A stretch of DNA of 63,201 nt, filler included, from Hyphochytrium catenoides (taxonomy: Eukaryota; Protista; Hyphochytriomycota), in NCBI GenBank assembly GCA_900088475.1. It is 7 parts of 7 records of this genome, joined end to end, with 100 filler letters (N's around TTAATTAATTAA, not from the genome) between each part and the next. Parts side by side here need not be neighbours in the genome. Positions count along the whole stretch, not along the records: positions 46,653 to 59,409 come from FLMG01000378.1; positions 59,510 to 63,201 come from FLMG01002687.1; 5 more parts are not named here. One strand, 5' to 3'. Shown one piece after another: positions 48,830 through 61,806 of the stretch. The number at the start of each line of letters is the position of its first letter. The first letter of the stretch is position 1. Below the pieces are notes generated by a model. It had not been told where the DNA came from, searched no databases, and saw only the letters and a program-made list of their open reading frames with translations. The position numbers and the translations under genes are program-made.

Positions 48830-50066
48830 ATGGAGATTATTGAAAGCAGAAGAGAAGAGATGGGAGAAGAAGAGAAGAGAGAGAATAGTGCAGAAGAAGT
48901 TTTGGAAGAATGGCTTCTCTCTTCTCTACCTTCTCTTCCCTCCACAGCAGAGAAGAAACAGGGACCAAAAGGAGAGAAAAACGTTACGAGAGGAAAAGCA
49001 GAAGAGAGAGAGACAATTAGAGACGCATCTTTTCCCTCTTCTCCTTCAGAAGAAAATGCTAGCCATTGGCGAAAGACAAGAGGCATGACAGGAGAGACAC
49101 TGGAAAATAGAGAAGAGAACCAAGAGAGAGAGGAAGACGGAACCACCCGCCTCGTCGAGAAGAGAGAAGAGAAAAGAAGAGAATGGACAAGAGGGAGAAA
49201 AGAAGAAGAGACAGCACCTGCTGGCGGCTGGAGAATGGAAGAGAGACACGGCAGAAAGACACCAGGAAAGGAGAATCGAAGGAGACGAAGAAGAGTCCTT
49301 GCCTCAGAGTCTCTCTCTCGCTTAGAAGAGAGAGTAAAGCACGCGGAAGAGAAACATGAGATGCTCAGGAGGCGCCTGCAAGCTCTCTCTTCTCCTGTTG
49401 TAGGAGAAGAACGCTCTTTCTCTCTCTCTTCTTCTCTCTCTCTCGCCCAGTCTCTAAAAGCAGTAGGAGACTTCCGAACAACGCTTCTCTCCCGTTCAAA
49501 GGATTCTTCTCAACAGAGGAAGACTAGAGGAGTTGCTCTCTCTCTTCCATAGCAGCATTGTTATTGTCTATGATGACTTCAATTCTCTTCTCTCTTCTTC
49601 TTTCTCTCCTCTCTCCTCGTCTCTCTCTTCTTCTCCCAGCCTTTCCATTGAGTCTCTCCCTCTCTCTCTCTGGACCCCGCCCCTAGAGATTGGACCCAAT
49701 GCCTGCAAAGGCTGGGAAGAGTTCAGAAAAACCTGGTGAGTTGTCTCTTCCTCTCGGTCTGTCTATCTATCTCTCAACAACTCCCATACATTCTCTCTCT
49801 CTTACACTATTTCTCTCTCTTTCTCTCTCTCTCTGACTCTCGTTTACTTTCTTTCTCTCTCTCTCTCTGTCTTCTTCTCAACTCATTCTTCCTTCCCGAA
49901 AGTGACCCCTACCTTTGAGACGTCTGTCAATTAAAATACTTCGATATTGTCCTCTTCTCCTCTCTCTCTCTTCCTGTCTCTGTCTCTCTGTCTGTCTCTC
50001 TTTCTCTCTGTCTCTCTCTGTCTCTCTCTCTCTTTCTTTCTGTCTCTCTGTCTCTCTCTCTCTGTC

Positions 50067-50098
<32 letters not shown>

Positions 50099-50157
50099 CC
50101 CCCCTCCCTTCGCTCTACCAACTCTCGTACCCACAATCTCTAATTCTCTCGCTCTCG

Positions 50158-50198
<41 letters not shown>

Positions 50199-50628
50199 CT
50201 ATAGCGCACAAACGCTCTTCTGCTACGAATGGTTCCGCTTCACCGACGTGAAGGTGCGTCCCGTGGATGTCAGAGGAGACAGAGTGATTCTCTTCTCTAC
50301 TTTTGAAGCAAAACCGAGAGAGAGAAAAGGAGAGAAGAGAAACGACGAGGAAACAGGAGAGAAAGCGGAAGGAAGAGGAAAGAAAGCAACAGAGAGAAGA
50401 GGCAAACTTGTTCGTCTTTACTTCATGGATTGCTTTGTCTTTTCTATGGAGAATCGCATCACACACTGCAGGTCCATTGTCAAGATGGAGCCTTTTCCTC
50501 TCTCTCTCTCTTCTTCTCCTGGTCTCTCTTCTTCAACATCGTCTCTCTCTCCCTTCCGTCAATCTTCTTCATGTTCCTCTGACCTCAGTGGTTCTTTCTC
50601 TGTCTCTCCCTCTCTCTCCTTTATGTGA
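48830..50628 (+). pseudogene. bZIP-like/NTF2-like family paralogue 1, with a +1 frameshift near 49505
   Basis: Exons 48830-49735 and 50205-50628. AEEVLEEWL, LEERVKHAEEKHEMLRRRL, YEWFRF, MENRITHCR. Homology to the other paralogues switches frame at TCA AAG GAT T CTT CTC AAC. Confidence 0.6.
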
Positions 50629-51265
50629 CTGTTGAATTTGAAAGAGGCAATTAAGGAGAAGAGAGAGAAGAAAGAAAGACAGTTTGCAGACTTCTTACTC
50701 CACTACTCTCTTCGTTTTTAGTGCTTCCTTTCGGAGAGAGAAAGAGAGAGGTAGAGAGAGAGAGCAAGTGACCCATACTACTCCCCTAAATAACCTTGGG
50801 CTTTCATACTTCTCCCCACGTTCTTCCAAATATACCCTTGGTGTCTCTTTCGTCCCCGACAGGAGAGAAAAGAGAGAGAGAGAAGAGAGAGAGAGAGAAA
50901 GAAGAGGAGGGAGAGACAACAGGGAGACAACGACAAATGATGGGCCATGAGGGGATGAAGACAAAATCTCCTTGTACATCTAACTCAGTTATTGCTCTCT
51001 AGGTAGAGAAAAGAGAGAGACAGACAGACAGAAAGAGAGAGAGAGAGACCCAGAAGAGAGGAGGGGCAAATTGGTCTATAAAGTGAACAAAATATAGAGG
51101 AGTTCTTGCTCTAACACGCGTCGAGAAAGACTCAGAGACTAAAAGACAGAGAAGCGGAGAGAACGAGGAAAGAAAGAAAGAAAGAGACAAGGAGAGGAAA
51201 AGAGGAGAGAGAAACGAAGAGTTAACTGGTAGTGCAAAGAGACCTAGAAGAAGAGAGAAACATCA

Positions 51266-51707
51266 CTAAAGCAGCATACCCCAGCCCTCTTCTTTTTTGC
51301 CGGATGCTGGAGAGAGAGAAGACAAAGAGAGAGAAGAGGAAGAAGAGGGAGAAGAAGAGGAAGAGAGAGGAGACGTTCTGATAGTTGCCCGGCAGTGCGT
51401 GATCCGATTCTCCAGAGAGAAGACATAGAAATCCAGGAACTGAAGCCGAATAAGTTTTCCTTTTTTCTCTCCTTTCTTGTCTCTCTCTTTCTTCCCTCTT
51501 TCTTCCTTCTCTCCCGTAGGACTCCCGGCTGGTTGTTGCTCTCTCTCTCTCTCTCCGCTTACTCTTCTCTCGGGAAGGTTGTCTCTCTCTTTCGCCTCTA
51601 ACGTAGAAGAGAGAAGGAATCTGTCTCCCCTGAGGTCCAGTGGCCGTATTTCTATGTTAGAGAAACGGAACCACTCATAACGGTAGAAGTAGTCGGACCT
51701 ATAGAGA

Positions 51708-51738
<31 letters not shown>

Positions 51739-53119
51739 GAAAGAGAGAGAAAGAGAGAGAGATAGTGAGTAAAAGAGTTGGTAGAGTGAAGGGCTGGGAA
51801 GAGAGAGAGAGAGAGAGAAGAGATAAGAGGGAGAAAAGAGAGAAACAGAGAGAGAGAGAAAAGAGACATAANNNNNNNNNNNNNNNNNNNNNNNNNNNNN
51901 NNNNNNNNNNNNNNNNNNNNNNNNNNNNNNAAGGGAGAGAGAGAGGGTGTGAGAGAAAGGAAGAGAAGAATTTAACTTCTTACCAGGCTCTGCGGTGCAT
52001 CTCCAGGCCACTAACGTTCTCTCCTTCTGATGTAAAGTCCCACAGCGAACGTGGAAGAGAGTCGAGCGAGAGAGAGAAAGGAGAAGAAATGTGCGGGGAG
52101 GAGAGAGATGAAGAAAAGGAAGAGAGAGAGAGAGGAAGCTCGTCATGTACCAGCACGCAGTTTCTATGGAAGAGAGAGACAAAGCCCTCAAAGTTTGCCT
52201 CGTTCAGCAGATCAATGGACTGAGAGAGAACGTGACTGCGAAAATCTCTCACTCTTCGGAGAGAGAGGGGGAGAGAGAGAGAGCCTGCGGAAGAAGAGAG
52301 AGAGACGTCTTCAGAAGAAGGGAGAGAGAGAAGCTCAAGACGCCTTGTCAAGCTTCTGTTCCTCTCCTCCGCTTGCTTTATCCTCTCTTCCAGGAGAGAG
52401 ATATACCGCGTGGATCCTCTTGAGCGAGACCCTCTCTTTCGTTCATTCTTTCCAACTCTCTCTCCTTCTCTCTTTTTTCTTCTCTCTCCCTTTGTCTCTT
52501 GTTCTTGTTCGAAGCAGATATTTCTTTCTTTCTCTTCATCCATTCCTTCCCTTTGTTCTTCCTCTCTTTCATTTTCTCTTTCCTGATGTTTATATGAAGA
52601 AGAGGGAGAGAAAGAGAGAGAAGACTTCCCCTGTCTTCTTTCTCTCTTTTCGTCTCCTCTTCCTCTTTCTGGTGATTGAGAACCAGAAGAGAGAGAGAGA
52701 GAGAGAAGATGTGTTGCCGTCTGACGAGGAAGAGCTGGTTGGGGGGTGGACAATAGGGAAGAGAGAGAAGAAGAGAGAGAAAAAGAAGGAAGGATATTCT
52801 CTTCCTCTCTTTCTCTCCACCTTCGTGAGCCTTTCTGCTGCTGTTTCCCATCTTCTGCCGGTTCTCTCGTCCTTCTCTCTTGTTCTCTCTCTTCGTGTTG
52901 GTCTTCCTGCTGGTCGAAGAGGAGAGAGTTATCATCCTTCTCTCTCTCTTTCTTTCCTTTCTCAACAGCGTGAAGCCAGTCTTCTAAGGCATCTTCTGCG
53001 GTTCTCTCCTCCTCTTGGCTGTCTCTCTTCTCTCTCTCTTCCCAGCCAGGCTCAGCAGCAATGGGAGAGACGATGGGAGAAGAGAAAAGAGAAGAAAAAC
53101 GTGAATCTTCATCCATCAT
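51266..53119 (-). CDS. bZIP-like/NTF2-like family paralogue 2 (apparently intact)
   Basis: Exons 53119-51984 and 51698-51266, phase-2 GT-AG intron. AEDALEDWL, YISLLEERIKQAEERNRSLTRRL, FVSLFHRNCVLVHD, WSDYFYRYEWFRF, LENRITHCR, ends WGMLL*. Confidence 0.75.
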
Positions 53120-53449
53120 CCGTCACTGCCTATCTCTCTCTTTAAAAAGTTTTCTTTTCTCCTTTCAAAGTNNNNNNNNNNNNNNNNNNNNNNNNNNNNN
53201 NNNNNNNNNTTTCTTTCTCTCTCTCTCTCTCTCTCTTCTTCTTTCTCTGTCTGCTTGTCACAAGGTCTAACACTGTCATTGGAATGAAAAGATTCGCTAT
53301 TAGAAGAGAGATTGTAGTGGAGAGAGGCGATGTGCGGCAACAGCAGCCGAGAGCCGAGAGAGACCTCAAAAAAGGAGAGACTGCCAAGAAGAGATTAGGG
53401 GGAGAAAGAGGAAAGAGAGAAGAGGGAGAAGAGAGAGAGCGAGAGAGCG

Positions 53450-53484
<35 letters not shown>

Positions 53485-55354
53485 CAGACCGGAAGAGAGA
53501 GAGAGGCAGACCGGGAGAGATCAGGCACTAACTCTTCATCCTCATGGCATTGATCAGACAGAATAATAAGGGCAGCGGCAGTCAAACGTGATCCACCAGC
53601 AGAAGACAAGCATGGCAGGGAAAGGGGAAAAAGGAGGAAGAGAGAGAAGAGATGCAAGGAGAAAGAGGAAACGAGTGTGAAAGAGAGAGAGAGAAACACG
53701 AAAAGAAGACACAAGGTAGCGAACTGAGAGAGAGAGCGAGAGAGGAGAGAGAGAGAGAGAGAGATGGAGAGAGAGAGAGAGAAGAGGGAAAGAAAGAACA
53801 GAACAGAACAGAACAGATAAGAAAAAGGCAGGTGGCCCCCCTTTCCCAACAACCCGAAAATAACTTTACAACAATGGGGAGAGAGGATTTGGATGTTTGG
53901 CCAAAGACTGGTAGCCGAAGATATCGTCACATACCTGAAGGTACCGGCCAAGGTTTGATAGGTTTATCCTCCAAAATAACGGATATCCAAGGACAGCTCA
54001 AGCAAGAGGAACGTTATTTTCGGAACAAGGCTATAAAACTATGGTATTAAAATCGGCTTTTTGTTAACTACCGTTTCGTTCTGGAGCTCTCTTTCTCTGT
54101 CTGTCTCTGTCTGTCTCTGTCTCTCTCTTTTTTTTTGTTCTCCCTCTCTGTCCGTCTCCTTTCTGTCCTCTTGACTACTACTCTTTTCCTCTCTCCCTCT
54201 CTCTCTGCGTTTGTTCCCTGCGGCTTTGTCCTTCTTACTATGTCTCTGCTCCTCTGCGTCTCTGTCTTTTCGTGTTGTCTCGTTTCTCTTCTCTCCCATT
54301 TCTCTCTCTCTCTTTATGAGTGAGTAATTATGAAAAAAGAGAGAGAAGAGAAGACCTCTGCGGGTGTGAGAGCGAGAGGGAAAGATCAGGGATAGGAGTT
54401 GTTATTAAGGGATCTATTAGCACCAGTAGGTAGGGCGGTCAGTCAGATGCTGAGAGTAACTGACATGCGAACTTTTCTGTCTCTCTCTCTTCGTTCTCTT
54501 TCTCTCTTTTTTCTCTTCTGTCTCTCTCTGTCGATCTGTCTCCCCTTCTCTGTCGTGTTAGCAGTGCTGCTAAAGGCGTCTAACAATCTTGTGCGAGTCA
54601 CAAGAATAGAGTTGAGCTCTAATGAAAGTAAAGAAAGCAGCAAGAACCATGGTGAGTCTCGCTAACGCGTTCTGTCTCGAAAAGAATGTGTTCTCCAGAG
54701 ATGAGAACAGCGAGACGGAGAGTCTCCTCCTCTCATTATCCTTAGCATGCAAAAGGAAAGAAGAATATTAGGTCTTTCCTAACATGAAGTTCTACCCTAG
54801 AAAATGTATCATGCAGAGACGACAACAAAGCAAGACCAAGGAAGAAAGGAGCCTGTGACAAGAAGAGAAGAGGTGAGCGGAGAGAAAGTCTTTCTCTCCT
54901 AAAAGCTCTATCACGCTATGATCATGACTGCTGAGTTAATCCTTTGCACCTCTCCTGCAAACCTAGGAAGGCTCTCCACAATTCTGCCTAGTCTTCCCAG
55001 AGCAAAAAATCCTTGTGCTTGTGCCAAAGCTAAGGAGTTGAGGCAGCTCTTGCTAATAATAAGGATCCCGGTTGCCTATCCAAGTCCTAAGAGATGGGTG
55101 AGACCAAGACTCCGTAGATCAAACGGCACTCTGCACACTCCGTAAAGATATCGAGAGAGTCTTCTGATGTTATCTACCGGATCTCTCCTTGGCCTTAACG
55201 TATCCGTTAGAGTCTAGAAGAAAAGACGATGGGCTGTACATCCAGCTCTCTCTCTCTCTCTCTGTTCTCTCTCTCTCTCTTCTCTCTCTCTTTCTCTCTC
55301 TTCTCTCTCTTTTCTCTCTCTCTCTCCCCTCTCTCTCTTTCTCTCTCTTCTCTC

Positions 55355-55385
<31 letters not shown>

Positions 55386-55399
55386 CTCTTTCTCTCTCT

Positions 55400-55435
<36 letters not shown>

Positions 55436-56191
55436 TCTCTCTCTCTCTCTCTCTCTCTGTTTTCCTCCTCCATCATCATTCCTGTCATCTCCTTTTCTTC
55501 CCCGAGTGCCCGCCCAAACACGGCTCCTTCTCTGCCTCGGAGGTGGCTATTTCTCTCTCTCCACATCTCGAATTCTCTCCTCTCTTAACATCATTCGTCG
55601 CCCGCACAGATCCTTCTGATGCTCTCAAAGCTCCAGCAGCGCCGTCCGTAGCCTCCTTGACGATGGCCCTTCACTGATGGAAAAGCTTCAGAAATAGGAC
55701 AAAAGATTCGTCTTTCGCCGCAGTGTCAGCATTAGATTTGAAAGAGAAGGAGAGCAGAGAGTCAAGAAATAGAGAGAGTGAAATTAGAGAGAGAGAGAAA
55801 TAGAGAGAGAAGACGGTAATCTTGAGAAAAGCTTCAGAAATATTTGTCGCCACGGTGGTGAGAGCTGTGTAGCGTTCAGGGCTGGTAGCTGAGCCAGCGT
55901 ACATTGAACGATAGCCATCGATTTTCTATGTTTATAGTGAAGAGTCGTATAAGGGAGAGGAGAGAGGGAAAGAAAGAGAGAGAGAGAGAGGGCGGGAGAG
56001 AGAAACAAAGGAAATGAGAAAGACAGAAAAAGAGTAAAATAAGGGCTTTTCAAGGTAATAGCATCGGCATCTATTTTCTATATTCATAATATAGAGCAGT
56101 CTAAGGGAGAGGAGAGAGGGAGGAGAGAGAGGAGAGAGAAAGAAACAAAGCGAACAAAGAGGAGGGAAAGAGAGAGACGAGTAAGGGATTT

Positions 56192-56716
56192 TCAAGGCAG
56201 TAGCAGCCCCCAAGACGAAGGCTCCTCAGCACTCACAGTTGCTGGTAGGGAAGGAGAAGATGGAGAAGAGGAGGAAGAAGAAGAAGGAGGAGGAAGAGTC
56301 CTGAGAGTGGTCCGGCAGTGCGTGACCCGATTCTCCATAGAAAACACATAGAAATCCAGGAAATGCAGCCGGATCAGCTTCCCTTTCTTTTCTTTCTTCT
56401 CTCCTCCTCTCTCTCCTCTTCCCTGTCTCTCTCCTTCTTTGGTAGAGCTGCTGGCCATCTGTCTTTCCTCTTCTTCGCTTTCTTCCTGAGAAAGAGCACC
56501 TCTCTCTCTCGCCTCTAACGTAGAGAAGACAAGGATTCTGTCTCCTCTGAGGTCCAGTGGCCGGACTTGGATGTCAGAGAAACGGAACCACTCATAGCGG
56601 CGACAATACTCAGACCTACACGGGGATCGAAGAGAGAGAAAGAGAGAGAGGGACCGAGAGAGAGAGAGAGAGGGACGGTGGGGGAGAAAGAAAGAGAGAA
56701 CAGAGAGCCACAGGGA

Positions 56717-56773
<57 letters not shown>

Positions 56774-58470
56774 TGAAAAGTGTGTAAGGGGCAGTGGCCG
56801 ATGTGCGGGGAGGGGAAACGAGAGAGGAAGATATAAAAAAAGAAAAAGAAAGAAAAGAGAGAGCTAAACAACGAAACGAAAGGGATAAAAGTCAGAGAAA
56901 CCAAGGTTGATGGACACGCAGACCCTCACGTGGGGAGGAGAACCAAAGAGAGAGAGACAGACTATGGACCTGCTTGATGATGCATAAGAGAGAGAAAGAC
57001 CGAGACAGAGAGAGAGAGAAAAAGGAGAGAGATACTCTGAAACGGGGAAAATGAAGAAACAGAGAGAAAGAGAGCAACTGAAAAAGAGAAAGAAGAGTAA
57101 AAAGAGATAGAGAGACAGAGGGAGCGAGAGAAAGAGAGAGGAAGGAAGACCGCGTTATGTAGGATAATTTTGTAACATAATCTGCGGTTTCCTTGTTCTC
57201 CTCTCACCGCCTTTTCTTCTAAACCATCTGGAAAGGCCCAGACGGAGGGAGGGAGAGACTCGAGAGAGGGAGGAGACGAGACGAGAGAGACATCCTTAGG
57301 AGAGAGAGACGAAGAAGAAGGAGGAAGTTCATCATGCAAAATAACGGCGGTTCTATGGAAGAGAGAGAGAAAGATGTCAAGATTTCCCGTGTTTAGGAGG
57401 TTGATGGACCAAGAGAGAATGTGACTGCGAAACTCTCTTACTCTTCGGAGAGAGAGAGGAAGAGAGAGAGAACCTGCTGAAGAGAGAGAGACGTCTCCTG
57501 GACCTCGAGGGAGAGAGAGCTGCTGCAGGCGTGACCTTAGACTTTGGTGTCTCTCTTCAGCTTGTCTGATCTTCTCTTCTAAGAGAGAGAGATACCGCGT
57601 GGACCTTCCTGGCCGGGGTTCTCTCCCATTTTCTTCCTGCCTTTTCCTCTCTCTTCTCTTTCTTCTCCTCTTCTCTGTTTCTCTCTCTTTCTCTGCCTTT
57701 CCTTCGTCTTCCATCATGGCTTCCTTTACCGTTCCGTTCCTCTCGACTTGTCTTTCTCTTTCATCTTCTTCTTTGTCTCTTCCGACTTTCCTTTCATCTC
57801 TCTCTTCAGCTATTTTCTGTTCTCTTCCTCCTCCTGGCGAGAAACCAGGAGAAAAAGAAGAGAGAGAGGAGGAAATGGATGCTGTTTCTGTTGGGAGAAG
57901 AGGCGAGGTTGGAGAGGAGGAGGAGGGTAGAGAACAAGAGAGGGCCGTGACAGGAGACGAAGAGAGAGAAGAAATTTGTTCAAAGGATGTTTCTCCTTTT
58001 CTTCTCTCTCTTTCCTCTTCTCCTAGGAAAAGATCGGGATCTCCTCCTCCTCCAAGTCTATTTGTTGTTCTTCCTTCTCCTTCTTTTCTTCTTCTTCCTG
58101 GCGCTGGTGGCAAGTCTTTCCTCAATATCTCTTCTACTCTTTCTTTCTCTTCTCCTCTTTGTTGTCTCTTTCTCTCCTTCTCTCCCTGGTGTTGGTTTGT
58201 TGGCTGCTGGAGCGGCAGGAGAGACACTCTGTCTCCCTGGTTTCTTCCCGAGATAGCTTGAAGCCAGTCTTCTAGAGCATCTTCTGGTGTTGTTCTCTCT
58301 CCTCGCTCGTTTCCTCTCCTCTCTCTTGTCCGTCTCTCTCTTATGCCTCTTCTCCCTCTCTCTCCTCTCCCCGATTTCTCCCCAATGTTATCCTTCTTCA
58401 CTTCTCCCTGCCGAGGTGGTGGTGCTGATGAAGCGAGCAGAGAGAAGAGAGAGACCGGCATATCTGCCAT
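56192..58470 (-). CDS. bZIP-like/NTF2-like family paralogue 3 (splice donor anomalous)
   Basis: Exon 1 from 58470 to ~57176, exon 2 56615-56192. PEDALEDWL, YLSLLEEKIRQAEERHQSLRSRL, YEWFRF, MENRVTHCR, ends WGLLLP*. Confidence 0.65.
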
Positions 58471-59167
58471 TCTTCTGCGCCTTTCTCTCCCTAAACTTTC
58501 CTCTGCCGCCCCTTCCTCCCTTCCGCTTTCTCTCTCTCTGCTGTCTCTCTCTCGCCTTTCATATCCCTTTCCTTACTTTATCAGCCCAAGTCGTCTTCTC
58601 TTTCTTGGCCTTCTTTTTCGCTTCTTTCTCCCAGTCAAAGAAGCTGTCTAATCTGCCGCAGTTCTTTCCTTTCCTTGTTGGATCCTTTTCTTTTTCTCTC
58701 CCTTATCAGCAGCAGGTTTCTTCTCTCTTTCTTTCTCTCCTCTCTCTCTCTCTCTCTTCTCACTGTCTTTCTCTCTCTCTCTCTCTCGACCTGACAACAC
58801 GCCGCCTGTGGCGGGCCAAGCTCAGCCCAAGCTCACAGAAGAGAGAGAGAGAGACTGTGTGAAGGACATTCAAAAGAGAAAGAAGTCGCGGCCAGCAGCG
58901 AGCGAAGAGAAAGAGAAGAAAGAGAGTATGGCTGCATGCTTATTTGCAATGGAGAGAGAGGAAGATGAGGAGAGACACACAGTCAGCAGTCGACAACGGC
59001 CGCAAGGAAGAAACAAAGGGGAAAAGAGACAGAGGAAGGGCAAAGGAGAGCAGTTGATCGAAGATTCTTCCGCAAAACGAAAACATGCCGCGCGTAGAGA
59101 AGGACATAAGACGAAGAAAGAGAGAGAGAGAGAGTGGTCTCTCTCCCTTAACTTTGACACAGAGAGA

Positions 59168-59198
<31 letters not shown>

Positions 59199-59357
59199 CA
59201 ACAAAAGACGAGTGTTAACCCGCCCATAGGAAAGGATAAAAGAGAAAACCGAGGAAACAGAGCCAGAGGAGAGAGAAAGACTAGCAGCCAAAAGCAGTCT
59301 GGGGACCGAAGGGAGAGAGAGAGGAGGAAGTAGCACAAGGCAGGAAGAGAGAGAGAA

Positions 59358-59395
<38 letters not shown>

Positions 59396-59592
59396 GGAAG
59401 ACGGGGAGANNNNNNNNNNNNNNNNNNNNNNNNNNNNNNNNNNNNNNNNNNNNTTAATTAATTAANNNNNNNNNNNNNNNNNNNNNNNNNNNNNNNNNNN
59501 NNNNNNNNNCCTTTTTGCACTGTAGCACTGGTGAGGGCAGTTGCATCGTCCCTCGGTTTCTAACGAAGTGGTCTCCCATGTGTCGGGTACAG

Positions 59593-61059
59593 GCATAGGC
59601 TTAGGCTTCGCAATAGGTGCAGAACAAGTTTTTCAGAGTGTAGGGCTGATCTCAGCCCAAATGTTAGGTGCCTCGATAGGAAGAGACTTTGGTCTTGGCT
59701 GGGCGTTCTTCTCCTCCTGTGTGGCCTGCTGTATCACTTTTCTCAGCTGTGCGGTCTACTATGTTGTGTCGAGAAGGTTGGTGACTAGCTATCCTTTGGC
59801 AACTGTGAGCGCCAGTTCCCCCTCAGCGCAGGAGAGAACACCTCTAATATCCGGGGCAGGAGGTAGAGAAGACAAAAATAGCGTCATCGTTTTGGCAGAG
59901 GCAGACAGCGACGCCACGCTTCAGCGTCTAGAGAAGGCGAAAGAGAACTGGAGCCTGGTGCTTGTGGGACTCGTTGCTGTTCTGAGTTATATGTCGTTTG
60001 CAACCATCAACGATGTCCCGCTGGGCCTACTGCAGCGGCAATATGGTTATACTTCGGAGACAGGGACACATGTGGTGGCGTTTACCGCTGTCATTAAGTT
60101 TCTTACTTCTGTGGGCTACGCGATGGTGGCAGACGTGATGAAGGCGAGAATGCATCTCCTTGCCGGTACTTGTGGCCTCTTGTCGCTTCCCTTTCTCTAT
60201 CTGGCCATGGACTGGCCAGTGCCGGAGGTGCCTCTCTGCTTTCTAGCAATGAATCAAGCGATCGTGGATAATATTGTATGGGCGCTGATTTTGGACAATG
60301 GGAATGGAGAAGGCTGTGGGATGCAGATAAGTGAGTTCAGCAATGTGGATGAACAAGCTCTGCAAAGACTAGTTCGTCATCTTCCTTCGTTGCAATTCGC
60401 TAAAAGCTGCTACTTTTTTCTAGATTAGCCCGGCAGATACTCTTCCATACTCTCTATACCTCCTCTCCGTTATTACCTCTAGTCTGACCAAAGCCGTTAG
60501 CTCTCTTGCGTTCTCTATGCTATCTTCTTTACTTGTCCATGCTATCCGTACCCACCGCTGTGGTACCTTCCACTTCTAGCCTTTTAAGGTGTTCCTGACC
60601 ACCACTGCGAATTATTCGCTCCTTGTACCACATTGTCAAGATAACTCAGTTCTCATCACGGATGCTGTCTGTGTAGGCCTCATCTCAATGTTCCAATATA
60701 CTGGGGCAGCGGCTATGGAGTTTGTCCAGGGCAAGCTCGTCGACTATTCCAAGACCTACCGCTTGTCAATGGTTATCCTCGGCGCGATATTCCTGTTTGC
60801 CTTTATTCTGTGTGTTGTGCTCTCGCGAATTGAGGCCTATTACTGTCGCGCTATAGAGCGATACAAGGCAGAAATTGTGCCTACGATTAGCTCGGCTGCG
60901 GCGGAGGATACGGAGACCGAAGACGATCTTCTGACTAATGCGGAGAAGCCAGTCCTCTGTAAGCAGAGCCCAAAGCAGAGACCTCTCATCACCTCTCCGC
61001 CGCTATGCGCTTTACCCTATCGAGACATAGAGATCAATATGTTGGCGATATCTGCGTAG
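59593..61059 (+). CDS. Major facilitator superfamily transporter (MFSD1-like), 5' end lost at linker
   Basis: Regular TM helices, LLQRQYGY, GYAMVADVMKAR, LISMFQYTG...QGKLVDYSKTY; probable intron ~60331-60677. Confidence 0.7.
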
Positions 61060-61486
61060 ATTAGACAGGCAGAGAGGAGGGGATGTACTTTACGCTCGCG
61101 ATCCCTCTTCGACCACTACCGGCGTTGATACACCTATATTCTTCCGGTTGGATCCCCTAAGATAATTAGTAATAATAGCTGGAAGTCAGCAAAAGTTCAG
61201 GTCCCTTTCACCTGCTGGACACTAATCTATGTGAACCCGGATTCCCATATAATTGCCGACTATAATTGCTGGGAGACGCTGGTTCATGCCTCCCACTTAG
61301 GTTTTCAGAGGCAAAAGTAGCATGAACAGGAGATTAGCGCACCAGTGGTCCGGTCTGAAGGAGCATTTAGTATGATCCGGTTCAGTCAGTCCTTTGGTCC
61401 TTGTCAAAGGCTCGAATAGGATGACGTTTGTTACAGCTCCTCCGCGTCGGGTGCTGTTTGCTTGTGTAGGATCATCACAGTCTCTA

Positions 61487-61530
61487 CAGGCCGTCCAGGA
61501 CGCCAAGACAGGCCGTCCAGGACGCCAAGA
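61487..61530. repeat. Perfect 22-bp tandem duplication
   Basis: CAGGCCGTCCAGGACGCCAAGA occurs twice head-to-tail. Confidence 0.9.
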
Positions 61531-61806
61531 CGGTCATGACGTTTTCGTCGCTCTCTCAGCTCAACGACGTCCCGAAGTAGCGAAGAGCTCCCGCGTCTCA
61601 GAAAAGAAAGACCGCACTAGAAGAAGAAGAGGAAGTTACCAGTTCCCATTTCTCATCCAGCGCTGCATAGATGGAATCGACATCATCTCTCCATATTAGC
61701 CATCGCGGATGGCACAACGCTGACTCAAGAAGAGATACTTGAGCATCACACTTCGTCAAGTTCTTGGGCTGAAGATCTGCCTGGCGACCCCTGGTGGGGG
61801 CTAAGG

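Noticed and set aside
54900-55920. Fragmented coding-like sequence with duplicated ATTTCTGAAGCTTTT
   Set aside because: No identifiable domain; too degraded to call.
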